From positions 544,001-608,000 of the forward strand of contig CP166615.1 in the NCBI GenBank assembly GCA_041937175.2: 64,000 bases of DNA, in the 5' to 3' direction. The first letter of the stretch is position 1, and the number at the start of each line of letters is the position of its first letter. Shown here one piece after another: positions 48,619 through 58,849 of the stretch. Under the pieces are notes generated by a model. The model did not search any database, was not told where the DNA came from, and saw only the letters and a program-made list of their open reading frames with translations. The position numbers and the translations under genes were made by a program. The stretch comes from Limnothrix sp. BL-A-16. GTDB taxonomy: Bacteria; Cyanobacteriota; Cyanobacteriia; CACIAM-69d.

Positions 48619-49254
48619 TTACCCCAATGGCTTTTGCAACAACAGACGTGTGGGACGTTGCCAACTGGGTCGAGAACCACCGCCCGATCGCCCGCTGGGC
48701 AAAAAGCCAGCTCGATCGTATAACCGCCTCGCCGCACAATTATCGGCCAGGACATGAAGATACAGGGCGGAACTATCCCAGTGACGTGCCACTTCTTCGC
48801 AAGCGGACAGGAGCTGGGTGGCAACTCCCCGCCGACGATAATCGGTGTGTACCGCCAGATTGGAAATGTAGGGATAGTGATGTTGGTTCAATCGCCAAGG
48901 CAGATTGGAGCGTGCTGCAATCTCGATCGTGCCGATCAGCTCAGGATGATGAACCCGACCCGTCGCCGCCGTGGGAGCCGTGAGAGCCACCAAACACAGA
49001 CAGCGATCGCGTTGGGATTGCAGTCGCGTTCGCAAATCTTCGTAGATGCCAGCCCGCAACAGGGGAAATAGCCAACGCCACCAGCCTTGTCGTCGGTGAA
49101 AGCTGTCCGCCAACAAATCGGCTAACTCGGCTAAGTCTCGAAACTCCGCCGGTCGGATTTGCAAGGGCAGATCAGCGCATGGATAACGCGATCGAACCAA
49201 GTTTTGGGGAATCAGCATGAGCAACGGGGCCACAATCTTAGGAACACCAACCAC
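48619..49254 (-). CDS. GNAT-family N-acetyltransferase
   Basis: YISNLAVHTDYRRRGVA, LYLHV..N..A..LY...GF. Confidence 0.88.
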   Translation of the reverse strand: MVGVPKIVAPLLMLIPQNLVRSRYPCADLPLQIRPAEFRDLAELADLLADSFHRRQGWWRWLFPLLRAGIYEDLRTRLQSQRDRCLCLVALTAPTAATGRVHHPELIGTIEIAARSNLPWRLNQHHYPYISNLAVHTDYRRRGVATQLLSACEEVARHWDSSALYLHVLADNCAARRLYDRAGFLPSGRSGGGSRPSWQRPTRLLLQKPLG

Positions 49255-50305
49255 CCATCAACAGCAGCGAACTGCCTTGATGCTAACCATCTTCACACCT
49301 GTGCCGACTGTTGATTAGCCTCCTCAGTCTCGGGCATTTTCTGGGGTGCGTTTGGGGCCCCCGATGGGGACTCTTTTTGAGGTCTTTGGGGGATGGGGTG
49401 TCTGGCCACCTAGCGATCGATCAACACTCAACACCATGGTTGATAACAATCGATAGGGAAAATTGCGGGAAGGTTAACTGAATTTCGCCTACCTACCAAT
49501 CAAATCCCTGTCAATGTCGATACCATGAAATCTCATTGCCCCAATGCCGCATTGGCAAGCTCCTAGAACTCATTTATCTCCGCTTAGAACCAACAGTCCG
49601 GTGGTTTCTGAGCGGTTTTTTGAATCATCTTCTTGGGGGAAGAGCAAAGTTTGTGTTTGATCATATCCCGCTCTGCCCAAAACCAAATCAGGGTCTGATC
49701 CTAGGCAATCGGGTATTGATTGACACATGGAGATCCTGGAAAGCCGAGATCTGCAAAAAAGAGGAGCGATCGCCTCAGTCCAGCATTCAATTAGGTGCTC
49801 AGAAAGCAGGTCTCAACAATCCGCTAGGTATGAAACTTAACCTGAATTTGATTAATTCAGGCTCTGTTGCGATCATAAAGCAACAAGAACTAAATTGAAT
49901 TTAGAGAAAACACCATCCAAACTTCAGCTTAATTTAGACCCCAAATGTTGACAAATGGGTATGGCTACAGCTTCCTGACAGACTTTCTTGAATTGTGCCG
50001 CGCACTATCCTCACAGCACCCATACAACCCATCTTGAGTTGATTCTAGGGTTGTCGTTAAATTACGATTCATCCATTATTTGGCGAAATCCATAAAAACT
50101 CAATCTATCTCTCCAATCTTCAAGCAATCTTTAAATAAGATCGACAAAATCAGGTTGCTCATCCATCACTTTTACTAAAGGGAGAAGTCAGGTTTTCGGA
50201 GGGGTAGAGACGGATTTTGGCAGCAACCAATCCCCATAGGACGCAATGGGGCTGGTTGCTGAAGGGGCTGATGCAGCCCAGCGATCGGCCGCGCGTGGGC
50301 GATGA

Positions 50306-52144
50306 CTAGCGATTGGAACGGAAGGCGGGATTGAAAAAGAGTCGGCGGATGGTTTGTTGGCGGCGCTCTCGGTTCTCAGAGGTCAAATTCCAGAGGCTTT
50401 CATAGAAAAAGAAGGACACGCCGGCCAGTTGCTTTTGGCGCACCAGTTGCACTTGGGTGGCCACGCGATCGATCGGCATGGGCTTGACCTTCAGCCCCGT
50501 GAGAATGCCGACGCTGACGGGAATTTTGTAACTGGCAATTTGTAAATCCCGATCGAGCAGTTCCGCTTCAAAGAGGGCCGGATCTTCCCGGTAAATTTGC
50601 ACAATCAGTTCATCAATCCAGCCACGCCCCACCCAGTCTGACCAAGATTGCAAGGAAGTGCTGTAGGCAAAGGGTTGGGGATTGGGCGAAAGGGACATGA
50701 TCGCGGTCGATCGCTTGGCCTTGAGGGTTTGTTGAATTTGCCCCATCAGTTGCGTTAGCCGCCCCGATCGCCAGCGCATCCAGTCTGGATCGGTGGCTAA
50801 ATCCGGCGGGGTTTGGCCATCTCGCTCCAGGGCGTATTGGGCCAAGGTGGTGGGGTCATAGCCCAACTCCACCGGATAGGCGAAATGATCGTCAAATTGA
50901 ATCCCATCCACCGGGTAGCGAGCAGCCAGCTCATCCACCAAATCGGTCATAAATTTCTGCACATCCGGGTGGCCAGGATTCAGCCAAACTCGGGTATCGC
51001 GTCCGTATTGAAACCGGTTGGAGCCGTCACGGCGCTGGGCAATCCAGCCCGGATTCCGTCGAGCTAACTCGGAGTTGGCCGGAGCCATTAGCCCAAATTC
51101 CAGCCAGGGCACAACGGCCAAACCCAAACGACGACCTTCGGCGATCGCCTCGGCGAGGATGTCTCGCCCTTGCAGGCCGGGGTGGGGGTCAATGCGTTGA
51201 CCGCTGGCCCGTTCAGCCACTTCGCTGGGGTAGAGGGTGTAGCCACCGTTCCAAACGGTGATGTAAACGGTGTTGAAGTTGGCGGCCTTCAGGTTTTCGA
51301 GGGCCTGGCGCAGGCGATCGCGATCGAACAGAATATCGCTGTCAATGTTGGTTAACCAAGCGCCGCGTGTTTCCGGCGGCCGGGCCACGAAGGGCGTGAA
51401 GGCATCGGTGGCGGGGGTTTCCAACCGATCATTCAGGGCCTGGCAGAGGAAAGCGGCGGCTTCCCCTCGGGTGACCGATCGCTCCGGTTCCAAGCGGCGG
51501 GGATTGGGATAGCTCACCACCTTGCCAGCCCGGACGGCGGCGGCCACGGCCGATCGCACCGGAAATTCCACCCGTTCGCCATCTTCAAAGGTTTGACGCA
51601 GCAGGGTTCCGGCCCGAGGGTCGGCCGCGTTATCCGTCCAGCCCAAGCGGGTCATGATGATGGCAATGGCCCGATCGCGGCGCAGGGGTTCGTTGTCTTT
51701 GCTGGTGCGGGCGATCGGGGGGCCTTCCGGCACGGCCTGATTCAACAGGTGGGCCAAATCTCCCGGGGTGGCCGGTTCATCGGGCTGAAATTGTCCGGCG
51801 CTGTTCAGGGGTAACCATCGCCGCTCAGCCAAGGCCGCCAAGCAACTGCGCGACCAATGATCGCCGCCATCGGTGGGGGCTGCGATCGCCCCCAGCGCCA
51901 GGGGCCCCGCCACGATCGCGCCCGAGAGTAATGCGCCCGAGAGTAATTGGCTGGGGCGTAATCGGCCCGACAATAACCCGCCCGAAAGTAATTTGCCCGG
52001 GCGTAATCTGTCCGGGCGTAATCTGCCCAAGAATAGTTTGGTGAAGGTCTTCGTGAATAACTGGGTTGAGCGCTGAGTAAATGGCTTGGCTAATGCTTGG
52101 GAGTTGGCCAAAACGCCGGATGGGGGCGCTGGGGGGTTGGTCAT
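50306..52144 (-). CDS. SLH-domain glycoside hydrolase-like 10 (GHL10/DUF187) protein
   Basis: SLH-like VTRGEAAAFL; RGAWLTNID; PWLEFG; WLNPGHPDV; VDGIQFDDHF. Confidence 0.85.
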   Translation of the reverse strand: MTNPPAPPSGVLANSQALAKPFTQRSTQLFTKTFTKLFLGRLRPDRLRPGKLLSGGLLSGRLRPSQLLSGALLSGAIVAGPLALGAIAAPTDGGDHWSRSCLAALAERRWLPLNSAGQFQPDEPATPGDLAHLLNQAVPEGPPIARTSKDNEPLRRDRAIAIIMTRLGWTDNAADPRAGTLLRQTFEDGERVEFPVRSAVAAAVRAGKVVSYPNPRRLEPERSVTRGEAAAFLCQALNDRLETPATDAFTPFVARPPETRGAWLTNIDSDILFDRDRLRQALENLKAANFNTVYITVWNGGYTLYPSEVAERASGQRIDPHPGLQGRDILAEAIAEGRRLGLAVVPWLEFGLMAPANSELARRNPGWIAQRRDGSNRFQYGRDTRVWLNPGHPDVQKFMTDLVDELAARYPVDGIQFDDHFAYPVELGYDPTTLAQYALERDGQTPPDLATDPDWMRWRSGRLTQLMGQIQQTLKAKRSTAIMSLSPNPQPFAYSTSLQSWSDWVGRGWIDELIVQIYREDPALFEAELLDRDLQIASYKIPVSVGILTGLKVKPMPIDRVATQVQLVRQKQLAGVSFFFYESLWNLTSENRERRQQTIRRLFFNPAFRSNR

Positions 52145-52275
52145 GGTGTTTGCTGCCCGTTCGATCGCATGTTCACCGCAGGGGCGGAAATGCCCAAGGA
52201 TATAGCGCAATACGAACCATTGCTGACGGGGCCGGCATAGATTGCCTAAAAATCTCCGTCTATCCGCCTATTTCC

Positions 52276-52881
52276 CTAACCTTCACCCTTCTCGCCGCAG
52301 AGAATGAACAACGGGTCGATCGCCGCCAAAACCTGGCTGTTGGCCCGCCGCTCCAAGCGATTGCCCGCCGCTTGCACCACCTCAATGTTCAGCGCTTGCA
52401 CCTCCGCCAGGGCTTCCGAAAGGGCGTATAGGCCCTCCAGGCTGGTAGACAGGGCCACCACCCGCCCCCCCAAGGGCAGCCGTTCCCACACCGTTTCCAG
52501 CAATTCCTTCAGGGGCCGCCCACCACCGATGCAGACTCGATCGGGCGGTTGCTTCAGTAGACCAAAACAGTCCGGCGCGCTCCCTTCCACCACCCGCACA
52601 TTCTTGACCCCAAAGCGATCGCAGTTGGTGCGAATCAGTTGCACCACGTCGGAATCTCGCTCGATCGCCACCACTCGCCCTTGCGGAATCATCAAAGCCG
52701 CTTCCACCGAAATCGTCCCCGTTCCTGCGCCGATATCCCACAGCACGGAATTGGCCGACAACCGCAGCATCGACAAAATCGCCAGCCGGGTTTCGCGCTT
52801 GGTCATCGGAATGCCCGGCAACCGCTCAAACAAGTCGTCGGGAATACCAGGTGTGACGTAGGGCCAAAGAGGTGTGGTCAT
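52276..52881 (-). CDS. cbiT: Precorrin-6Y C5,15-methyltransferase subunit CbiT
   Basis: PGIPDDLF, PMTKRETR, WDIGAGTGTI. Confidence 0.9.
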   Translation of the reverse strand: MTTPLWPYVTPGIPDDLFERLPGIPMTKRETRLAILSMLRLSANSVLWDIGAGTGTISVEAALMIPQGRVVAIERDSDVVQLIRTNCDRFGVKNVRVVEGSAPDCFGLLKQPPDRVCIGGGRPLKELLETVWERLPLGGRVVALSTSLEGLYALSEALAEVQALNIEVVQAAGNRLERRANSQVLAAIDPLFILCGEKGEG

Positions 52882-52900
52882 AAGAACTCAACGATATCAA

Positions 52901-52945
52901 GGTTTCGAGAACTGGGGTTTCGAGAACTGGGGTTTCGAGAACTGG
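52901..52945. repeat. 15-bp tandem repeat x3 (GGTTTCGAGAACTGG)
   Basis: Three exact copies. Confidence 0.9.
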
Positions 52946-53002
52946 TCGTCATTGTCTGGAATCAAGCGGAAACGGTTAATTTTTCATGCCCTAACCGCCC
53001 TA

Positions 53003-53150
53003 GACAAGGGGCTTAAGCCCCTTGTCCCCACGATCCGCCAACGCCCTTGCCACCCCGATTCGCCAACGCCCTTGCCACCCCGATTCGCCAACGCCCTTGC
53101 CCCCCCGATCCGCCAACGGTGGAATCAGGATTGTGGGAGACTTGACGGCA
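53003..53150. repeat. REP-like palindrome followed by a 25-bp tandem repeat x3.5
   Basis: GACAAGGGGCTTAAGCCCCTTGTC, then CGATYCGCCAACGCCCTTGCCMCCC units at 53031, 53056, 53081 and a partial unit at 53106. Confidence 0.85.
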
Positions 53151-53653
53151 ATCACTCAGCCCCTGCCCCGATTCACTCAGGGTGGAATCAGGGTTTCGAT
53201 CGACTGGCCGATCGCCCCGGAATGGGCTGATTTATAAATTAATAATTCTGATTAATCAAGATTTGTTTCATTAGTTGATTGGATGACGCTTGATTCTTCA
53301 ATCGCTTTATAGTTATAAAACGAATACAGGTTCGGGCTGGGGTCACTCAATTCCTGGGAGATTGAGCGTCCCATCTCAATGGGCAATGTCATCAGGTCAG
53401 GGGCTGAAGGCTAATTGGGCGATCGCTTGCGGGTTGCTCAAAGCATTAGCTCTCTGAATCTAAGGCATTGCCCGTCACTGGAGTGCTAGTCCCATAGGGG
53501 CATAGGGAATCGCTTTCGACTTGTTCGATCGCCCCTGTGCCCCCATTTAATTCCTGCTTACCCGGCCTCCAGTGGCCATAACCCCAAGTCTGGTGGGCTT
53601 TCTGAGTCCCCAGAATACCAACCTTGACCAAGGTTTGACAGAGGTATTACCCC

Positions 53654-54781
53654 ATGACCATTTCTTTGCGATCGACTCCCGCGCCTAGTCGCTGGGATCG
53701 GTTCTGTAACTGGATCACCAGCACCGAAAATCGCCTGTACGTGGGCTGGTTTGGTGTGTTGATGATTCCCACCATGCTGACAGCCGCGATCGTCTTTATC
53801 CTGGCATTCATTGCCGCGCCGCCCGTAGACATTGACGGCATCCGCGAACCTGTTGCCGGTTCCCTGCTCTATGGCAACAATCTGATTTCCGCCACCGTTA
53901 TTCCCCCGTCCGCCGCGATCGGGTTGCACTTTTACCCCATTTGGGAAGCCGCCTCACTGGATGAATGGCTCTACAACGGCGGCCCCTACGAGCTAATCGT
54001 TTTCCACTTCCTGATTGCGATCTACAGCTACCTGGGTCGTCAATGGGAACTGAGCTACCGATTGGGAATGCGCCCTTGGATTCCCGTGGCCTTCTCGGCT
54101 CCTGTGGCTGCTGCCACCGCTGTTTTGTTGATCTACCCGATCGGGCAAGGTAGCTTTTCCGATGGCATGATGCTCGGCATTTCCGGCACTTTTAACTTCA
54201 TGATTGTGTTCTCGCCGGAGCACAACATCCTGATGCACCCCTTCCACATGTTGGGCGTGGCCGGTGTTTTTGGGGGCGCACTGTTTTCCGCCATGCATGG
54301 CTCGTTGGTGACCTCTTCCTTGGTGCGGGAAACCAACATGAACGAATCGCCTAATCATGGCTATAAGTTCGGCCAAGAAACGGAAACCTACAACATTGTG
54401 GCTGCCCACGGTTACTTTGGCCGGCTGATTTTTCAATACGCCAGCTTCAACAATTCCCGTTCGTTGCACTTCTTCCTAGCCGCTTGGCCCGTAATTGGCA
54501 TTTGGTTCGCCGCCTTGGGCGTTTCCACCATGTCTTTTAACCTGAATGGATTTAACTTCAATAACTCCATTTTGGATAGCCAAGGGCATCCGATTAACAC
54601 CTGGGCTGATGTGCTGAACCGAGCCAACTTGGGCATCGAAGTGATGCATGAACGGAACGCGCACCAGTTTCCTTTGGATTTGGCAAGTTCGGCGGACTTT
54701 CAACCCGTTGCGGCCTTGCAATCGGACTTTCAAGCGGACTTTCAACCCGCTAGCCTGACGGCTCCCGCAATTGCAGGCTAA
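53654..54781 (+). CDS. psbA: Photosystem II D1 protein, microaerobic D1' type, with extended C-terminal propeptide
   Basis: Full D1 sequence; Y161, D170, E189, H190, H332, E333, D342 and A344 intact; A80, L158, A286, P144, F147, M173. Confidence 0.95.
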   Translation: MTISLRSTPAPSRWDRFCNWITSTENRLYVGWFGVLMIPTMLTAAIVFILAFIAAPPVDIDGIREPVAGSLLYGNNLISATVIPPSAAIGLHFYPIWEAASLDEWLYNGGPYELIVFHFLIAIYSYLGRQWELSYRLGMRPWIPVAFSAPVAAATAVLLIYPIGQGSFSDGMMLGISGTFNFMIVFSPEHNILMHPFHMLGVAGVFGGALFSAMHGSLVTSSLVRETNMNESPNHGYKFGQETETYNIVAAHGYFGRLIFQYASFNNSRSLHFFLAAWPVIGIWFAALGVSTMSFNLNGFNFNNSILDSQGHPINTWADVLNRANLGIEVMHERNAHQFPLDLASSADFQPVAALQSDFQADFQPASLTAPAIAG

Positions 54782-54920
54782 CTGAAAGTTGGTGGTGTTG
54801 AAATTGGTCTTGAGGCTGATGAAAATGGCGAATTAATGTCATGGTTGGCATGAATTTATTACCCAGTAGAAGCGCAACAGATTAACTTCTCAGATTCGTC
54901 ATTCTCAGCACTCAACGAAT

Positions 54921-54955
54921 GGGGGAGACTGCGCGATCGCACCTCCCCCTTTTTG
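54921..54955 (+). terminator. Rho-independent terminator after psbA
   Basis: GGGGGAG...CTCCCCC hairpin followed by a T-run. Confidence 0.65.
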
Positions 54956-55017
54956 CTTGACCAAACCACCTCAGCCGAAATCACCGGTTTATTTGTGGCT
55001 CTTGAGGAGTTGTGTTC

Positions 55018-55869
55018 ATGACCGTTATTTGGAAACAGCTATCAGCCGATCGTCCGCCGGTTAAATTAAATCTGTTGGCCGTAGGTTTCTTTGCTGTCTT
55101 TCATCTTGTTGCCCTCTCTGCCCCCTGGTTTTTCTCTTGGTCAGCTTTGGGAGTTTGTCTCCTGTTGCACTGGCTATTTGGCAGCATTGGCATCTGTCTG
55201 GGCTTTCACCGCCTCCTCAGCCATCGCAGTTTCCAGGTTCCCAAGCCCCTAGAGTATCTGATTGCCCTCATTGGCTCCATGGCTCTGCAAGGCGGGCCGA
55301 TTTTTTGGGTTGCGGGTCACCGACTGCACCACGCTTTCACTGAAGATGAAGACAAGGATCCCTATTCCTCTCGGCGCGGTTTTTGGTGGAGCCATATGCT
55401 CTGGATGTTGTATCCGCGGCCGGAGTTTTTTGAATACGATCAATACCAACGCTACGCGCCAGATTTGGCCCGCGACCCCGTTTATCGGTGGTTAAATCAA
55501 AACTTCCTGTGGCTGCAACTCCCGATCGCGATCGGGCTGTATTTCTGGGGTGGTTGGTCTTTCGTGATTTACGGCATTTTCTTGCGAGCCGTTTTGCTTT
55601 GGCATTCCACCTGGTTCATCAATTCCGTAACCCATTTGTACGGGGGCTATCGTCCCTTTGCGACTGAAGACACCACTCGGAATCTCTGGTGGGCGGCCAT
55701 TTTGACCTATGGCGAAGGTTGGCATAACAATCACCATGCCTACCCCCATGTGGCGAAATGTGGTTGGCGTTGGTGGGAAATTGATATGACCTGGTGGGCA
55801 ATTTGGGTATTGTCTATTTTGGGTTTGGCTCGCAATATTCATCAGCCACCGGAGTTGCTGGAATCATAA
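55018..55869 (+). CDS. desC: Delta-9 acyl-lipid desaturase
   Basis: His boxes HRLLSH, HRLHH and HNNHH; TWFINS; GEGW. Confidence 0.88.
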   Translation: MTVIWKQLSADRPPVKLNLLAVGFFAVFHLVALSAPWFFSWSALGVCLLLHWLFGSIGICLGFHRLLSHRSFQVPKPLEYLIALIGSMALQGGPIFWVAGHRLHHAFTEDEDKDPYSSRRGFWWSHMLWMLYPRPEFFEYDQYQRYAPDLARDPVYRWLNQNFLWLQLPIAIGLYFWGGWSFVIYGIFLRAVLLWHSTWFINSVTHLYGGYRPFATEDTTRNLWWAAILTYGEGWHNNHHAYPHVAKCGWRWWEIDMTWWAIWVLSILGLARNIHQPPELLES

Positions 55870-55888
55870 GCCTTTGATCCGGAAGCTT

Positions 55889-56073
55889 GAAATAGAATCC
55901 GTGACTCAATAACCAAAAAATCGAACTGAAAACCATCGAGGCAAGGGGCTTAAGCCCCTTGTCTTTGTTGGTGAATTTATTTTGATAGGATCTGTGATTC
56001 AATGACCGAAAGATCGAGCTGAAAGCTATTGGGGCAAGGGGCTTAAGCCCCTTGTCTTTGTTGGTGAATTTAT
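55889..56073. repeat. Two diverged ~92-bp tandem units, each containing the REP-like palindrome
   Basis: Both units end GGCAAGGGGCTTAAGCCCCTTGTCTTTGTTGGTGAATTTAT. Confidence 0.85.
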
Positions 56074-56304
56074 CTTAAATTGAAGAGCTTTATTAAAACT
56101 AAATCTTAAAACTAAACCTTAAAACTAAATCTTAAAACCTATGAATTGGTCGATCGATTGGATGGGTCTGACCATTAACCATTATTGAAACGATCGAAAC
56201 GGTTGACGATCGGGTCATGTCGTTCGGGAAGCCGTGCGGCATAATGGGGCGTGGTCTCGGCTTTGGGGCCGATCGACTGGGATTTTTGACCGAGATCGCT
56301 CGCC

Positions 56305-57414
56305 ATGATTGAAGTGGAACAGTTGCGGAAGGTCTACGGCAGCACCGTAGCCATTCGCGAGGTGACGTTTTCTGTGGAGCCGGGAGAAATTTTGGGGTTT
56401 CTGGGCCCCAACGGTGCAGGCAAAACCACCACAATGCGGATTTTGACCGGCTATTTACCGGCCACCAGTGGCACGGCGCGGGTGGCGGGGTTTGATGTAC
56501 ATGACGATTCGATGGCGGTGCGCGAACGGATTGGCTATTTGCCAGAAACGCCGCCCCTCTACCCGGACATGACGGTGGAAGGATTTTTGAACTTTGTGGC
56601 GCGGATTAAGGGTGTTTCGGCGGGCGATCGGGCGGAGCGGGTGCGCTGGTCGATCGAGCGCTGTGGGTTGAGCGATCGCCGCAAAACTATCATCAATAAA
56701 TTGTCGAAGGGCTATCGCCAGCGGGTAGGGATTGCCCAGGCGATCGTGCATGATCCCCCGGCGATCGTGTTGGATGAGCCAACGGTGGGGTTAGATCCGC
56801 GCCAAATTGCAGAAGTCCGCAACCTGATCAAAAGTTTGGCGGGTGACCATACGGTGATTTTGTCCACCCACATCCTGCCGGAAGTGAGCATGACTTGCAG
56901 TCGGGTGGCGATCGTGAACGGTGGGCGGGTGGTGGCCACCGACACCCCCGACAACCTGATGGCGGGTCGTGTGGGCGGCGCGGCCTACGATTTGGAAATC
57001 GATGGTGCTGAATCGGCGTTGGTGACCCTGACGGAAGGAGAACCGCCACAATTGCTCGATCGAGCGTTGCAGTTGGTGGAGCGGCTACAAACGTTGGCGG
57101 GAGTGCGATCGGTCACGCCCCAGGGATCTCCAAGCGATCGACCCGATCGATTGCGGTTGAAGGTGGCGATCGCGCGAGATACGGAACCGGCCCAGGAAAT
57201 TGCCCGCGCCGTCATTGCCGCTGATTTGGGGCTATGTGAATTACGCCGCAGCCAAGCCACCTTGGAAGATGTGTTCTTGGATTTGACCACCGAGGAACCG
57301 ACGACCCCAACGGAGACAACTGGGGCGATCGCCTCGCAGGATGTGGCAGTTTCGGATCCCGCACCGATCGAGGTTGAAACCTCCCCGGAATCGCCCCTGG
57401 AGACTGCTGAATAA
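56305..57414 (+). CDS. ABC transporter ATP-binding protein (GldA-like)
   Basis: GPNGAGKTT, LSKGYRQR, VLDEPT, STH. Confidence 0.92.
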   Translation: MIEVEQLRKVYGSTVAIREVTFSVEPGEILGFLGPNGAGKTTTMRILTGYLPATSGTARVAGFDVHDDSMAVRERIGYLPETPPLYPDMTVEGFLNFVARIKGVSAGDRAERVRWSIERCGLSDRRKTIINKLSKGYRQRVGIAQAIVHDPPAIVLDEPTVGLDPRQIAEVRNLIKSLAGDHTVILSTHILPEVSMTCSRVAIVNGGRVVATDTPDNLMAGRVGGAAYDLEIDGAESALVTLTEGEPPQLLDRALQLVERLQTLAGVRSVTPQGSPSDRPDRLRLKVAIARDTEPAQEIARAVIAADLGLCELRRSQATLEDVFLDLTTEEPTTPTETTGAIASQDVAVSDPAPIEVETSPESPLETAE

Positions 57415-57698
57415 TGGTCGCTAGTTTGGACTTGCCAGCTTTGATTTGCCAGTTTTGATTTGCCAGATTTTCTGAACATGAATTACGGCTTCAAAATAGG
57501 TAACCGGCTAGTCAACAAATCGCATGATCCAAAAGCACTTTTTCTGAATTTTTCGCCTAACCTTTTCCTGCTTCAATTCCCACGACTAACTTGTCTGATT
57601 GCTCAATTTCCGATTCTCAACCCTTGCTTCTCAATTCTGTTCGCTGATCTTCCACGGCTTACTTTTATATTTTCCTCAAGGATGGTTGAAACTGAGGC

Positions 57699-58535
57699 AT
57701 GGCTGTTAACTTAGGACATCGATTACGAGTGATCTTGGCTAATATTGTGGCCATCTATCAACGAGAATTACAGAGCTATTTTGTTTCTCCCTTGGCCTAT
57801 GGTGTGGCTAGTATTTTTTGGTTAATTGCAGGCATTTTCTTTGTGGCGGTGTTGCTGGGGCCGGCGGGCATCATTGCCCAATCGGCCATGCGTGATATGC
57901 AGGGCCAGCAAATGGGCATTCCTGTGCCGCCGATCGATGTTCCCTACGAGTTTCTGAAAATTTACTTGGGGAGTTTGGGGTCATTATCCCTCTTCATTTT
58001 GCCGATTTTGTCCATGAGTCTCTACACGGAAGAGCGCAAACGCGGCACGATCGAACTTTTAGCCACATCCCCAATCACGAACTGGGCCGTAGCCCTGGGC
58101 AAGCTCTTGGGGGTGCTCACCTTTTTTGCCAGCATTTTGGCTCCAATTCTGTTGCTGGAACTGATTGTTTTGGCGGCCTCCAATCCGCCCATTTCCCCTT
58201 GGGTGGCGGTATCGGGACACTTGGGGTTGTTGCTGATGGGGGGTAGTGTTTTGTCTCTGGGAATGTTCCTGTCATCCCTAACGGCCAGCACGGTTTTGGC
58301 GGCGATGATGACCTTTGCCCTTAATCTGTCCCTCTGGATTATTGATCTGTTGGCTAACGCGATCGGGGGGGATTTGGGTCAGGCGATCGGGCATTTATCT
58401 TTGTTGAAGCATTACGAAGCGGCGGTGCGTGGCGTGCCCGAAACAGGCAGTGTGATTTTGTTTTTGAGCTATATCCTACTCGGCATTTTTCTGACGGCTC
58501 AGTCGGTGGAAACCTTCCGTTTTCAGCGCTCTTAG
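57699..58535 (+). CDS. ABC-2 type permease (GldF-like)
   Basis: RELQSYFVSPLAY, EERKRGTIELLATSP, multiple TM helices. Confidence 0.88.
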   Translation: MAVNLGHRLRVILANIVAIYQRELQSYFVSPLAYGVASIFWLIAGIFFVAVLLGPAGIIAQSAMRDMQGQQMGIPVPPIDVPYEFLKIYLGSLGSLSLFILPILSMSLYTEERKRGTIELLATSPITNWAVALGKLLGVLTFFASILAPILLLELIVLAASNPPISPWVAVSGHLGLLLMGGSVLSLGMFLSSLTASTVLAAMMTFALNLSLWIIDLLANAIGGDLGQAIGHLSLLKHYEAAVRGVPETGSVILFLSYILLGIFLTAQSVETFRFQRS

Positions 58536-58681
58536 GCATATCCTCACAGGCTGAATTCTGGAGCGATCGCCTGAGTTTTATCGCCTAGGTTCAATTGCCT
58601 GAATTCAAGCACCGGAGTGTGATTAGAAAAATGCAATTCAGTCACTGCAATTGAGTAAACGAAATTGCAGCAATGAAATTA

Positions 58682-58794
58682 CAGCCTTTACCTCGCTTAA
58701 CAAGTACAGCAAGCTGTGGGGTGGGCATTGCTCACCGATTAACAGCTTCATGGCATCTGCGATCTGACGTACCAATCGTTTGAGGTAAAGGCTG
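58682..58794. mobile_element. 113-bp MITE with TA target duplication (IS630-like, inferred)
   Basis: TIR CAGCCTTTACCTC...GAGGTAAAGGCTG flanked by TA/TA; internal REP-like GGTGGGCATTGCTCACC. Confidence 0.75.
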
Positions 58795-58849
58795 TAAGTG
58801 GGTTCAGTATTCATTTTGGCGTTTTTGCCATTCAGGGGGAACTGATTCA

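Noticed and set aside
53031..53120. 25-bp repeats (and the 92-bp pair at 55889-56073) as mini-CRISPR
   Set aside because: The repeats are head-to-tail, or the intervening sequences are homologous to each other rather than unique spacers
53654..54781. psbA as rogue D1 or chlorophyll f synthase
   Set aside because: All Mn4Ca ligands and the A344 processing site are retained, and no far-red gene cluster is adjacent
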